Assembly (NCBI GenBank): GCA_044892525.1
Contig: CM097887.1
Location: 10,912,001-10,976,000, forward strand
DNA: 64,000 nucleotides
Source of the DNA: Schmidtea polychroa
Lineage: Eukaryota
Direction: 5' to 3'
Program-made: the position numbers and the translations under genes
In this document: piece by piece, positions 22,363 through 35,296 of the stretch
Layout of the letters: every line of letters begins with the position of its first letter
Position numbering within the stretch: position 1 is the stretch's first letter
The notes under the pieces: generated by a model
Told to the model about the DNA's origin: nothing
The model's input: the letters and a program-made list of their open reading frames with translations, nothing else
Database searches by the model: none

Positions 22363-25300
22363 NNNNNNNNNNNNNNNNNNNNNNNNNNNNNNNNNNNNNN
22401 NNNNNNNNNNNNNNNNNNNNNNNNNNNNNNNNNNNNNNNNNNNNNNNNNNNNNNNNNNNNNNNNNNNNNNNNNNNNNNNNNNNNNNNNNNNNNNNNNNNN
22501 NNNNNNNNNNNNNNNNNNNNNNNNNNNNNNNNNNNNNNNNNNNNNNNNNNNNNNNNNNNNNNNNNNNNNNNNNNNNNNNNNNNNNNNNAGGTCTATCTAA
22601 TAGTCATATCTTCGAAAGTATATATTTCGTCAATAACCTTCAAAGGGTCAAAAAGCTTCAAATTTTTTAAAATCTTATAATATATATATATATATATCAT
22701 TCGGAAGGTAATACAAATGTGAGTATGATGGTCCAAGTTTGAAGGGTCGAAGGGTCCAAGGTTTAAATTTTTTAAAACCTTATAATATACATATCAAACA
22801 AAAGGAAATTCAAAGATGAGTATGATGGTCCACGTTTAGAGGTCAAAGGGTCAAAGGGTCGAAGTTTCAAATTCTATATAATATAATATACATATATAAT
22901 ATACATATCAAATGTATATAATATACATATACATATAATATAATATACATATCAAATATAATATACATATAATATACACAATATACATATATAATATACA
23001 TAATATAATTTACTTATAATATACATATCAAATAATATCATAATATATTATCATGTAAATTATGAAAATTTTGAAAATCATGAAATCGATGCAAAAATTA
23101 TGAAAATAATTATGAAAATGTTGAAAATAATGAAAATGGCGTCAAAATATGTTTTGAACATAAGATTTTAACATACCACAACGTAATATATTTTTATCCT
23201 ACACCTTCATTGATTTTCATTGGTCAGAATTTAATATACCCTTTGAGACATGTTGAGTGTGACCATTACCCATAGAGGGACAAAATATCTTTTCGGATAA
23301 ACTCTGAGTATATATACAAATAATAATATCAATATTTACTCCGCGCGTCAANNNNNNNNNNNNNNNNNNNNNNNNNNNNNNNNNNNNNNNNNNNNNNNNN
23401 NNNNNNNNNNNNNNNNNNNNNNNNNNNNNNNNNNNNNNNNNNNNNNNNNNNNNNNNNNNNNNNNNNNNNNNNNNNNNNNNNNNNNNNNNNNNNNNNNNNN
23501 NNNNNNNNNNNNNNNNNNNNNNNNNNNNNNNNNNNNNNNNNNNNNNNNNNNNNNNNNNNNNNNNNNNNNNNAGATATTGTATGTGAGCAGTACCTAGCTC
23601 GGTGACAACATATGTTTTTAAATAAGACTTTAAAATACCGCAACGTAATATATTTTTGTTTTACTCCTTCATTGATCAGAATTTAATAATATGCCCTTTG
23701 AAACATGTTGAGTGTGTGAGCTTGTGGTTATAATAATAATAATATTAATACTCTTGTGAGATATTTTATGTGAGCTGTACTTAGCATTGTGTAAAAATGT
23801 GTTTTTAAAATATATTTAAAATACCGCAAAGTAATATATTTTTGTTCTACCTCTAAATTGATTTTGATTGGTCAGAATTTAATAATATGCCCTTTGAGAC
23901 ATTTGAGCAGTGGCCCTGCGAGTAGCACCCATAAGGGGGACTAAATATCNNNNNNNNNNNNNNNNNNNNNNNNNNNNNNNNNNNNNNNNNNNNNNNNNNN
24001 NNNNNNNNNNNNNNNNNNNNNNNNNNNNNNNNNNNNNNNNNNNNNNNNNNNNNNNNNNNNNNNNNNNNNNNNNNNNNNNNNNNNNNNNNNNNNNNNNNNN
24101 NNNNNNNNNNNNNNNNNNNNNNNNNNNNNNNNNNNNNNNNNNNNNNNNNNNNNNNNNNNNNCGTGTTAATCAAGGCATGTGCAATACTTGTACAATACTT
24201 ATCGAATGTGATTGTGTGTGTAATTATTGCTTCTTCTTGACAATTTTCTGTACAGGCACACAAATTTTTCATAAATAGTAAAGAAATTTGACAAAACTTT
24301 TTACAACCACATAGATTTTTTAAAGAAATTTAAATGTATTTGATAAAATTTCATATTTTTACACACACACACATACTCTACCCTATAGCAAACACACATA
24401 GATTTTTTATAAAATTTAAAGAAGTTTCCGTATATTTGATAAAATTTCATATTTTTACAAACATATAGTGTGTGTATGTGTGTGTAAAACTTTTTTCCTT
24501 AATTATTGTAAATACACAATAATTCTCTACCCTATAACTTGTATGTGTGTAAATATTTTAGGTTTTTCACTAATATATGCAATAATAATAAATAATAATA
24601 ATAATGGATTGAGTATGTGTGTAAAAAATAAAAATTTTATAATATCAGAGTATGACTTATAAATTTGCAATACAAGTGCATAATTAACAAAGACATGAAT
24701 ATAATAATAAAGTTTAATAGGTTGAGTATGTCTGTAAAAATATGTTAGGTTTTTGACTAATATTTGCAATAATAATAATTATAATAATATTAATAATATT
24801 AATAATAATAAAAATAATAATAATACTATTGATAATAATAAATAATATTGATAATAATAATAATAATATTTGCAATAATAATAATTTTGATATTAATAAT
24901 AATAAATCTCATAGGCGCGTCATTGTATTTGTTCTGAAAACAGATGTCTTTGTTTTAAAAAGTGATGAGTCATTGTTTTTGTTCTAAAAATAAATGAGTC
25001 AGCGATGAGTACCTTTGTATTACCTTTTGTTTGATATGTATATTATAAAGTTTGAAAAATTTGAACCTTCGACCCTTCGACTCTTCAAACTTGGACCATT
25101 ATACTCATCTTTGAATTTCCTTTTTTTTATATGTATGTTATAAGGTTTTTAAATTTTGAACCTTGGACCCTTCGAGGGTATGACCTTTGAAGGTATGACC
25201 ATCATACTCATCTTTGAATTACCTTTTGTTTGATATGTATATTATAAGGTTTCTAAAATTTAAACCTTTGACCCTTTGACCCTTTGACCCTTTGACCTTC

Positions 25301-25935
25301 AAACTTGGACCATCATACTCATCTTTGAATTACCTTTTGTTTGATATGTATATTATTAGGTTTTTTAAAATTTTTGAATCTTGGACCCTTGGACCTCCGA
25401 ACTCACCATCAAAAGTTTTTTTGAATGATATATATATATATATATATATATATATGGTTTGAAAAATTCGAAGGTTTTTGACCCTTTGAAGGACTCACCA
25501 TAAACCTTCTACCCTTGGACTATCATACTCACATTTGTATTACCTTTCGAATGATAAAAAATTTGAAGGTTTTTGACCAACCATATACCTTCGAAGATAT
25601 GACCATTAGATAGACCTCTCAAATACCTTTCGAATGATATATATGTTCAAAAATGATGAGTCACATGACCTAGTTACTAAAAAAAGAATGAGCTTGATGA
25701 GTCATCGATGGCGCCGCGTGACCATGTTACTAAAAAGAGAATGACCTTGACCTAGTTTCCATGGTTACAACCGCTGTGGATGAGTCACATGACATTGACC
25801 TGGTTACCATGGTTGCTATGGATGAGTCATATGTCTTTGTTTAGAGATAAGTCATGGGGGGTAGTGCAAAAAATGACAAAAAAGATGAGTCATGGAGCAC
25901 TCTTGTCTCTACTGTGAATGTATTCTAATTTTTAA

Positions 25936-26184
25936 CCACTTCACAGGAAAATAATTTTCGTAATAGTCGGTATAAAACTATTTTTTTATTATGAGAAGTT
26001 CTTTCAATTTTCAATACAATATTTTTTATGTTTATAATTTGTGATATATAGTCAAAATAACAATGATTTTTTTTAATTTTTCTTTTCCAAACACTTGTTA
26101 TTTACAATATGGAGAATCACGTGTGAATGTCCGAAACGGCACAGGTTTTTTTCACGCATATACATGCGATAGCCTGGGAAGTGG
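25936..26184. mobile_element. piggyBac-type MITE
   Basis: TTAA-CCACTTCACAGG ... CCTGGGAAGTGG-TTAA (11/12 TIR match, TTAA TSD). Confidence 0.75.
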
Positions 26185-26852
26185 TTAATACTGTTTGCTG
26201 AATTCCTTATTTATACATTTCTATATTGAATGAGAAGGTTATTATTTGAATAATAAAATTTCGTTATAATTTGTCTTTGATTATTATCAATACGAAAATC
26301 ACTGTAGCTGATAAATTATTTTTTTTTAATTTATAGTAAATTTTAACTTAATTATGTTTTCCATTATAAGTTAACCCCAAATTTATTTTATACTATAATC
26401 TAGTAATTAGAAACATTTCAGAAACAAACTGTGTATAAAAAGAGAGTGAACCTGGTCCTATATGATTTTGGTACCAGTTCTCTAAAATCTATAAAAATAA
26501 TTAGTACACCCGTAAAATATATAATAAAATGAGAGTATAATGAATTATTATTTATGAATTTATTAAAGAGAGATCTTGAAGACTATAAATCAGTAATGTA
26601 TCGATGTTTTTCGGCACTGAATTTTGTCATTATTGCATTTGACAATTGTTGGGGGAAAATAAATTTATTTCGTATTATATAATAAATTTATTGGTTTAAT
26701 TATATTTTATTTATATTTTATTTTAATTACCAAAATAATATTTTCTATTTTTTAATTTTATAATTTAATTTTTAGGAATGCACATTACTGTCTACTCATA
26801 TATTAAAATGATTAAATTTTCTTTCTTTTCTGTAGTGGGAAACGATCCTTGT

Positions 26853-27190
26853 AAAAGGAAAAGAGAACAAAAGGATTTCAGAATGGAAACATTCTTATCG
26901 AAAAGTATTTTTACAATTGTACAACTTGTCGGTTACCTTTTACACAAAATGTTATAAAAGAAATTGATAAAGATACTGAATGGCCGATATTAAGATGTTG
27001 AATGGTATTGTTATTTGGGTTAAAAGGAAAAGAGAACAAAATGATTTCACAATGCAAACATTCTTATCAAAAGTATTTATACAATTGTACAACCTGTCGG
27101 TTACCTTTTACACAAAATGTTATAAAAGAAATTGATAAAAATACTGAATGGACGATATCAAGATGTTGAATGGTATTGTTATTTGGGTTA
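26853..27190. repeat. Two-copy tandem duplication, about 170 bp
   Basis: aaaaggaaaagagaacaaaa...attgttatttgggtta occurs twice in succession. Confidence 0.85.
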
Positions 27191-29833
27191 AATTTAAACC
27201 CTTTTTAATTTTGTTTAAATGAAGTGAAATTATATGATAAATAACGCACAAATAATACAATGATCAAGACAACACCAAAAAGGCAATGTATAAGATTGAA
27301 GTAACTTTAACAGTCGAATAAAAGAGCAAAGAGCAATATATTGAGATGGAAACTGGAAAGCAGATCATGAATAGAATCAGTGTCAAACCCTACGGAGCAC
27401 ATTTAGGTTGAAAGGACCTAAGATTTGTGTTGAAAGAACAGAAATGGAGAGTTGATAATTAATTAACAATCAAATTTATATTTTGAAAGATGACTCAAGG
27501 AAGGTTCGTCAAAAATGCAGCAATGATTGTGAACAACACAAAAATACACTAAAACATAAAACTAATTTACCTAACAAACGAGTAATTGGGAAAGCTATTT
27601 CATGAGAGCATGATTAATGGGCTCTAGTGGGAAGCGATTATCATGACGAAAGTGCATAGTAGAACAAGTATTTATATTGAACAACAATATTAATTAAAGA
27701 TTTCTTTCATTGTGTGTCCTATTTAGTGTCCTATACAGTAGGTAGATATTGGTCCTCTGCACCCTACCAACTATAAAGAGTATCCCTTCTCTCTTAGGGT
27801 CCTGAGAACTAATTGGTTTTTTTCTTAAATCATTTGAGATCAAAATGAACTAGAATGCCGTTTTCGGATTTGGTTTCTAACAATCTGAAGCACTTAATTT
27901 ATTGGGTAATCTTTGTCCCAGGATTTTTGTATATGGAAATCAGAGCTCAATAAAAAACCCTAAATATGTTTTATGTCTCTGAGATATTTCTTACTAGATT
28001 TAGGTCCTCGTTAAAAAGCCTAAGTAAATTTATTCTCAATATGTTTGTATAGGAATTTATGGTAATATATTTTGAAGAATCTATGTCTCATGAGAAATTA
28101 AGATAATAATTTAAAAAATAAGTAAATAAAGATAATTTTAAGTAAATATGCAAATTAAAGTAATAATTTTAAATTAAAAATTTATGAATAAGTAAAGTAA
28201 CAATTTAACTAAAGTAAATTTAAGTAATAATTTTTAAAAATGAATGTATTGAAATGTAATATATGTTCAACAAACGCTAACATCTAATAAATAATGTAAT
28301 ATAATGAAATTTTGAATGTAAATTTTTATAAAAAAATTTCGAAGGTAATTTTTAAACGAAATCTTTACGAAATAATATAAATAATAAGACTAATATTAAT
28401 GATAATAACTTACAACCAAGAACTCATAACGAGGTACCAACAAACAAGTACTAACAAACCCATAATAAGATACACCTAAATCCAGAATATAAAAGTTTCT
28501 ATCATCTAACAAAAAATCGATAAAATTATAATATAGGAACACACAAACTTACCTGTGTGCAAAAATTTAATGTTCCGAATGTTAAAAGTTTTATTATAGG
28601 AATTGAGAAAGTGACAGAAAAATAATTTTACATACAAACACAGCACACATAATATAAAATACACGTAAATTTAATATAGCTTTTTTTATTCCGAAAGTAT
28701 AAAGTCATTAACATATTGTTAACATATCATTATTTTTAATATATTAAAATTCATGGCAGAAAAAATTTTGGATTTTCAATCGGACAACTCTACTTTGAGT
28801 TTTCGATAAAAGGACGACAAAACATCGTAAAATCTATTTATAAAATATTTTTGAAGTAATTATTTCTTTAGATATTTAGATATTTTTCTGGAAAAAAATT
28901 CGAAAATCGTAAATTTTTATAACTTGTATAAAAATATAATAATTTCATAGAATTACATAAAATGACAAAATTCGCCATATAAATGAGCTGGATAAAGAAC
29001 ATTACAAAAACTTTAAAAAAAATACTCCACTTCTTTTTTAAATGTCTTAAAAAAATAAATGTTTTTGGTGATTTCTTTATTTATTCATAGTTAAAAATAT
29101 TAATCTAACTTACATTTTATTGAAATAATTCCAAATAAATTCATAGTCATAAGAATCCTATAAAAATCCTGAAAATTAATTAAAATTAATTTATAATCAA
29201 AATGTTGACTACAAGTAACATTTAAAAGCTTGAATGTTGATCTCATAATTTTATAAAATCAAAATTCAAACCTTAAAGTTACTTAAATTAAAAAAACTTA
29301 CTTCTAAAATTGAATAAATGAAATGAAGTAAATAACTTCACATTCTCATAAATGGTGAGTCATCGACTGATGAACACACCAACGTGTATTATAGAGACTT
29401 TTAACATCTGGATTTAGGTGTACAATACACGTCTGAATATAAGGAAACAGAGAAACAATACAAATTTATTTAATAAAAATCACAATAAATAAAAATCGAT
29501 GATTGAGTATTGACGAATATGGCTCGGTTTGCATTCAGGTTGGGAATTTTATCTAATAGGAATACTCTGAATTTAATTAGTAATTAAAACCTTACTCCAT
29601 TATAATTTGTTTCCAATGTTTACTTCATTTACACTATGTTCAAACCAATATTGATCGATTTGCAGTCATTTGTATTTCTCTTTCGAATACTCCGTATATT
29701 ATTAGATAAACCAACACCTTGAGTGATTTATTAAACTTTACACTCAATTTTAAATTTTTGTTGATTCAAATCGAAATCTGTATATATGTTGGTGTCAAGG
29801 TTTTGTGTATCTGTTTCTCGATAGTCACAATTT

Positions 29834-31257
29834 TTGGCTAAGGTTAATAATTTTCAAAAGCAATTACTGATTTCAGCAGAACTCTTATTAATCAATAATT
29901 ACACTGGAGCCAAACAATATCATCAATTAATTGGTGAAGAATGTGTTTTTAATTTTCTCAAGAAAGTGGAGGAATTAGCAGAAAAGGTGGTATCACGTTA
30001 TTATATGCAAAATTGTATGAAACCAATGGTCTAGATCAGGGGTGGCGAACCTTTTTTAGATTGCGTGCCAATATTTTAAAATTGAAAAATAAAAACACGT
30101 TGGCGTGCCAAGTACATTTTTTAGCATTTTAATTGATTCCGTTACATACCATGTGTTCACATTAAGTGTTTCAAGTCTAGTTTAGTCAAAAAGAATAGTT
30201 ATCGTTCTCCATATCATTCACTCCACCAATCTTGGAATTCCCTGCCACTTCCTTCTCCTGAAAGTTTTTTTTTTGCTTTGAACACGACATTTTATTTAGC
30301 AAAATTTCTATTATTAAATTATTAAATATTTACAAAAAAATTAAATCTTTCACCAATAATAATGTCAACAAGATGTCTGCGTCATCGAATTCGTGCGCAT
30401 CTTAACTTGTTTATTTTTACTTGTTAAAACAAATGCGGAATATACAAAAAATGATAGAAAATAATTTATAGATTTAATCATAAGAAATATATATTCTGCC
30501 ATCTGAAAATGACCTATTGTTCGATTCCTAGTTAACGGTTTCTAAAATATTTGCACAATAAAATCATGCTGAAGTGTTAAATTGCGATTTCAATGATTTT
30601 ATACTACTAAAATTTACACAAATTTGTTTTATCTCAAAGGTTTAGCGTGCCACTTTGGGCACGCGTGCCATAGGTTCGCCAGCGCTGGTCTAGATCAATA
30701 CTCCAGATCATCAAGTTTCATTTATCTTGGCAACATCGTAAAATCAGAAAACTAATAAAAACTTAATTAGAGATCATGACCATTTTAGTGGGAAATATTT
30801 AGGAGTGATCTATTCAAAATGCAATTTATCTCCACAAATCAGACTTTCATTTCCTGTTGTATTTCATAACATGCGAGGTTATAACATCCACAATGTATTA
30901 AAATATATAATAAAACGATTTCCTAAGTGGAATACTAATTGTATTCCAACAACATCAGAAAAGGTTCTCACACTGATCGCCCATTGCAAGAGGATAACTA
31001 TAAAATTCATTGATTCATATCAGTTCATCAATGATTTTTTGGCTCGAGCAGTGAAGACTTTGACCAACTTACCTTTAACAAATTCAGTCTTCCAAGCATC
31101 AATCGTTGACTCAAAGGGTATTTTCCCTTATGATTATGCAGAAAGCTTAGAAATTCTCAAAGAAACCCTTGAATTGCCATCAATTTGGAATGGAGTCAGT
31201 GTAGATGAATATGATAAAGCCAAAAATATATGGAAAATTGTTGCGAAACATTGTTGA
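29834..31257 (+). pseudogene. Polinton/Maverick-type DNA polymerase B N-terminal relic (endonuclease VII-like plus exonuclease region)
   Basis: RDHDHFSGKYLG..YSKCNL, PVVFHNMRGY, KFIDSYQF, KGIFPYDY; split by a hAT MITE and ended by a PLE fragment. Confidence 0.8.
30037..30687. mobile_element. Non-autonomous hAT (Charlie-like) element, 651 bp
   Basis: TIRs CAGGGGTGGCGAACCT / AGGTTCGCCAGCGCTG (14/16); 8-bp TSD GTCTAGAT at 30029-30036 and 30688-30695. Confidence 0.92.
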
Positions 31258-31282
31258 AGTACATGATGGTATATTTAAAGCA

Positions 31283-31810
31283 ATGAATAGTCTACATAAA
31301 AACATTGTATTGACATGTGAAACGGAGAAAAAATCATCGCTTGCTTTCTTGGATCTGTTAATACAACGCAAAGAGAAACACTATGCGACAGAGATTTATA
31401 GAAAACCAACTGATACTGGTCTCTATACTTCTTCCGAATGTTTTTGTGAATTCAAGTATAAAAGAAATGTGGTGAAGGGGTTGATTTATCGTGCATGGTC
31501 TTTGTCTTCTACTTTTAAAAATTCAGTAAAAAGTGTTGATAAATTGGTTGAATTGTTAATGAAGAACGGTTATTCAAAATCCTTTTTATTAATTATGGTG
31601 AAAGAGACTGTTGACAAATTTATTAAAAATCCTAAGGATCCATGTTTGAGAAAATCTGGGTGTGATGTTGAGGTTTGTGAGTCTGATCAGTTAAAATCTG
31701 GGTGTGATTTTGTTGAGGAGTGTGAGTTTGATGAGTTAAATAAATTAAATAGTGTGAGCAAGGATGACGAGCCTAAATTTGTGTTAGTATTGCTGTACTC
31801 AGAAGGTTTT
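31283..31810 (+). mobile_element. PLE internal fragment
   Basis: Near-identical to 13157 onward of the full-length PLE. Confidence 0.9.
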
Positions 31811-33373
31811 CTATAGTTCAACCTCTTTATTAAATTCGAATTTCCTATATGGATTTAAGGTAGATTATTTGAATAAGTTTCGACATTATTTCACAACAAT
31901 CAAAGGCTTACAGATTCATTTTAGTCATGTCAAAACAATTGTAAAACCAACTTTAAACAGTTTATCCATGGTTTCAAATATTCCATCAGGTATCCATTTC
32001 ATCGAAGATATATTTCTTTGGAAACGATTAAAATTTGAAGGGACTTCTAATTCAAATTCATTGAATGATTTAGATCTTACATTTCTCGACGATGATTCAG
32101 ATGTTTTATTAATGTAACATTCGGATATAAATATTCTTAAACGCATTTCGTCTCATTGGAAAGATTTTATCAATCGTCATTCAGATATTGAAAATTCCTT
32201 ATCAGTCATGAAGGACCAAACCACAACGTACATCATCAAAGATATATTTATCAATCAAACCAAGATATTCTATTCTTTTTTCCTGAAATTAATAAATTTG
32301 GTCAATTTTTAGGATTTACAAAACAAATCTATAGTTCAAGTTCATATGGCGAAAAAATTGTAAATATTTCAAACACTACTTTAGTAAATTTAACATGTAA
32401 TTTAATACAAAGAACATATCAAGATGGAAAAAGGGATAATTGTTTATATAGTTTTCCTTATGGAACAGTTCCACCTGGTTTTGGAATTATACAACAAGCA
32501 TCAACCTCACTTTATTTACCAATGATTACAAAATGCATTTCGAACATAAATTTTAAAATGATTTGTAACTCTCCATATTTTGAAAAAAGAAATTTCCAAA
32601 CATCTCAAAGGTTCTTTTTCTATTCAAGTTTTTTTCTTTGTAAAATTAAAATTTTCGTCATAAAATCAATGTTTTCACTTTTTAATCAATACTTACACTT
32701 TAAAATCAATACTGAAATTTCTTTTTTGAAAAATTTGCACTTAAATAAATGAAAATAAAAATTTTCATTTTGAAGGCTGGGGAGAGGAGGGGGCCTTTGT
32801 TCCTAACCAGTGCGTAGTAACTAATAGTGGCGAAAGTGCCTCACATCTACCTACTAGTGCCCAAGAAATGCTTTATCAATAAGTTTCATAAAATGGAAAG
32901 TATAAAACTGGAATATAACTAGGAGAGAGGAGAAAAATTTACGACTAGAGAAATTTGCAAAAGGAGAGATATCCTAGTAGATTTAAATTTGCGAGGAGAT
33001 TTTAAATAAATTTTTGAGAATCAGGAAAACAGTTGGAAGAGAGACGATAAGAAAGCCTGCGAATTGAATTATTAAGAATTTGGAAAACTCACATCAAGTT
33101 AAAGGCAATCAGATCAATTTTACGTATCGCTCGTTACCGGCAGTATTCAAGTGGTTGTGTTCTTAGAGTACTATTATTGATGTTCTCGTAGTCAAGCCAG
33201 AAATTGGTAATTTACTAATCAACGACCAACTACAATATGCCCAACACTTTGAAATAATGCAAACAATATAAAATTTTATAATTGATGTTTATATTGTGTA
33301 ATGTTAATTTGTGTGACGAGGAAATTTTCGAGTGAATATTACTTGATAAATATAAAGTTTCTGAAGGGAATTC

Positions 33374-34162
33374 CTAAATATAAAACATTGTGTTCACATA
33401 TTCTCCAGAGATTTCAAGATATTTCAATGGCCTTTCATTTGTATTCCACAAATCCGAAGTTCTCGCATTGTTTAAAACATACAATATCTGGGGGTAGGTA
33501 AAACTTGTCTTATTTGGCCATGTGTAGCAATCCATTTTTGACGTTACTATGCCGAATATTCCAGAATCTGTATAGCAGTCGTTATTTATCTGATTTATAT
33601 AGAAGCTCATTCCAAAATATGCCCCAATAAGAGAGAAATATTGATAGTTAATAGATTGTAAGTAATTAATATCCCAAGGAAATGAATAGTTGAAATTGGA
33701 TTTGGTAAACCACGAAGTTATACTGTCCGTTTGAAAGACATTGAATTCAAGTTTGACCGCGACTTGGTCATTGTAATCGAATGCAGTTAAGGTGAGTCTT
33801 GATGGCTTGGCATTGTTCCATTCATCAAGGATTATGCTTCTGAAGTTCAATAACTTGTTTTCAAGATCCGCCACTGTTTGTATGGAAATGTTAGATGTTG
33901 ACCAATAACCATACGGATCCACTCCACTTCCAGAGACAAATCTAAACAAAACAAAACTATTATTCAATTTAATATAGGACCTTTGTTGCAATGTTGACTT
34001 TATAACAGATGAAGGCGATTGGGGAAGATAGCAAACATTATTTATCACAGCAAAATACATTCGGCCATTCAAAGTGTCCAGCCCACATTTTACAGCGAGG
34101 TTGCCCGCGGTATTTATCCAGAAAATACAATTTATACCAAATATTTGCAAAAACTGAAACAT
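33374..34162 (-). CDS. Putative secreted protein of unknown function (262 aa; 3' end may be spliced)
   Basis: Long ORF in AT-rich DNA; hydrophobic N-terminus; aromatic/Cys pattern (FRFVSGSG..Y.YW, FNVFQTDSITSWF, DC..D.G...I....DC.TW, PQILY). Confidence 0.7.
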   Translation of the reverse strand: MFQFLQIFGINCIFWINTAGNLAVKCGLDTLNGRMYFAVINNVCYLPQSPSSVIKSTLQQRSYIKLNNSFVLFRFVSGSGVDPYGYWSTSNISIQTVADLENKLLNFRSIILDEWNNAKPSRLTLTAFDYNDQVAVKLEFNVFQTDSITSWFTKSNFNYSFPWDINYLQSINYQYFSLIGAYFGMSFYINQINNDCYTDSGIFGIVTSKMDCYTWPNKTSFTYPQILYVLNNARTSDLWNTNERPLKYLEISGEYVNTMFYI

Positions 34163-34727
34163 TTCAATTTAATTTAATCGCAAATGATAAAAATTCAAAT
34201 GAAATTCTATTTTGTTAATTGTTTTTGAATATTAACCAATGAAAATCGTTTGGGGAAATTAAATTTTATTGTTAATTACAATTATCAATAGACATTAAAT
34301 TTATTAGAAGATTGGCTATGAATCAGTAAACATATCGATGTTTTTTATATTCACGAATTTTCAACACTGCCTTTTAAAATGGTTTTGATGATCAAAAATT
34401 CGATAGATAGAAATCACTTGAAAAAGGCTGTGCCGATATCTTTACTGATTTATAGTAAATTTTTTAATAAATACAATGTCAATTGAAAAGAAATCACAGG
34501 TGAAAATTGAAAGAAGTTCTTATAATTATAAATAAAAAATTATTTATAAGTCATATATCATTTTATTCATATTTGAATTTTATTATTTGTTGAATTGTAA
34601 TTATTGTTAGTTAAGCTAGAACCACAAATCTAATTCCACTTTTACTTGATCAGAATATTCACTCAACACAATATGTAGTGCCTCTATTTTATGTGTATTT
34701 AGAAATTTACATAAATAGATAATATTA

Positions 34728-34950
34728 CCGTATATACTCGCGTATAAGTCGAGTAAACTTTAAGAGTTTTTTAAGTCCTAAATTAGAAACCTGCTTGTAA
34801 GTCGAAGTAACAAAAATAAAAAATAGGTTTAATGATTTCATTAAAAATTAATTTGTACGTTTTTTGACTCGCGTATAAGTCGAAGTCGCTATTTTGACTT
34901 GAAAATTTGACGTAAATTTCTCGACTTATACGCGAGTATATTATATGCGG
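34728..34950. mobile_element. Tc2/pogo-type MITE
   Basis: TA-CCGTATATACTCGCGTATAAGTCGA ... TCGACTTATACGCGAGTATA..GCGG-TA. Confidence 0.75.
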
Positions 34951-35155
34951 TATATTATATTATACTAAATTATTATAAAAAAATAAAAGATTTAAAAAAA
35001 AACTTTGTTTAAATAAGAAAATAGAAAAAACCCACGTTCAAAAAATGGACCATGTTCATCATTCACCACCAGAACTACGATACTGGCGATATCATGAACT
35101 AATCAAATTCCGATAACAGCTGTATAAAAATTTCGTATTTAATAAATCTTTTATA

Positions 35156-35296
35156 GTGTTAATTTCTTTGTATGCTTCAGGTCGTTGCTCAGGTATCGTT
35201 TTAGATTCTAGTGATCATATATCACATACTATGGCAATTTATGAAACCTTATTAAGTGGTTCGACAATGTATCCTGGTGTTGCTATTCGAATGCAT
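35156..35296 (+). pseudogene. act: Actin relic with an internal in-frame deletion
   Basis: [30 protein letters not shown]|[17 protein letters not shown] matches actin [27 protein letters not shown] and TVLSGGTTMYPGIADRMQ. Confidence 0.8.

Noticed and set aside
1916-24278. ORFs containing long X runs (e.g. 1916-2158, 4823-5461, 14211-14621, 23853-24272)
   Set aside because: Artefacts of reading through N gaps
31869-32117. LNKFRHYFTTIKGLQIHFSHVK resembles the epoxide hydrolase N-terminal region
   Set aside because: The following HGWPG motif is absent and no further exons were found; too short to call
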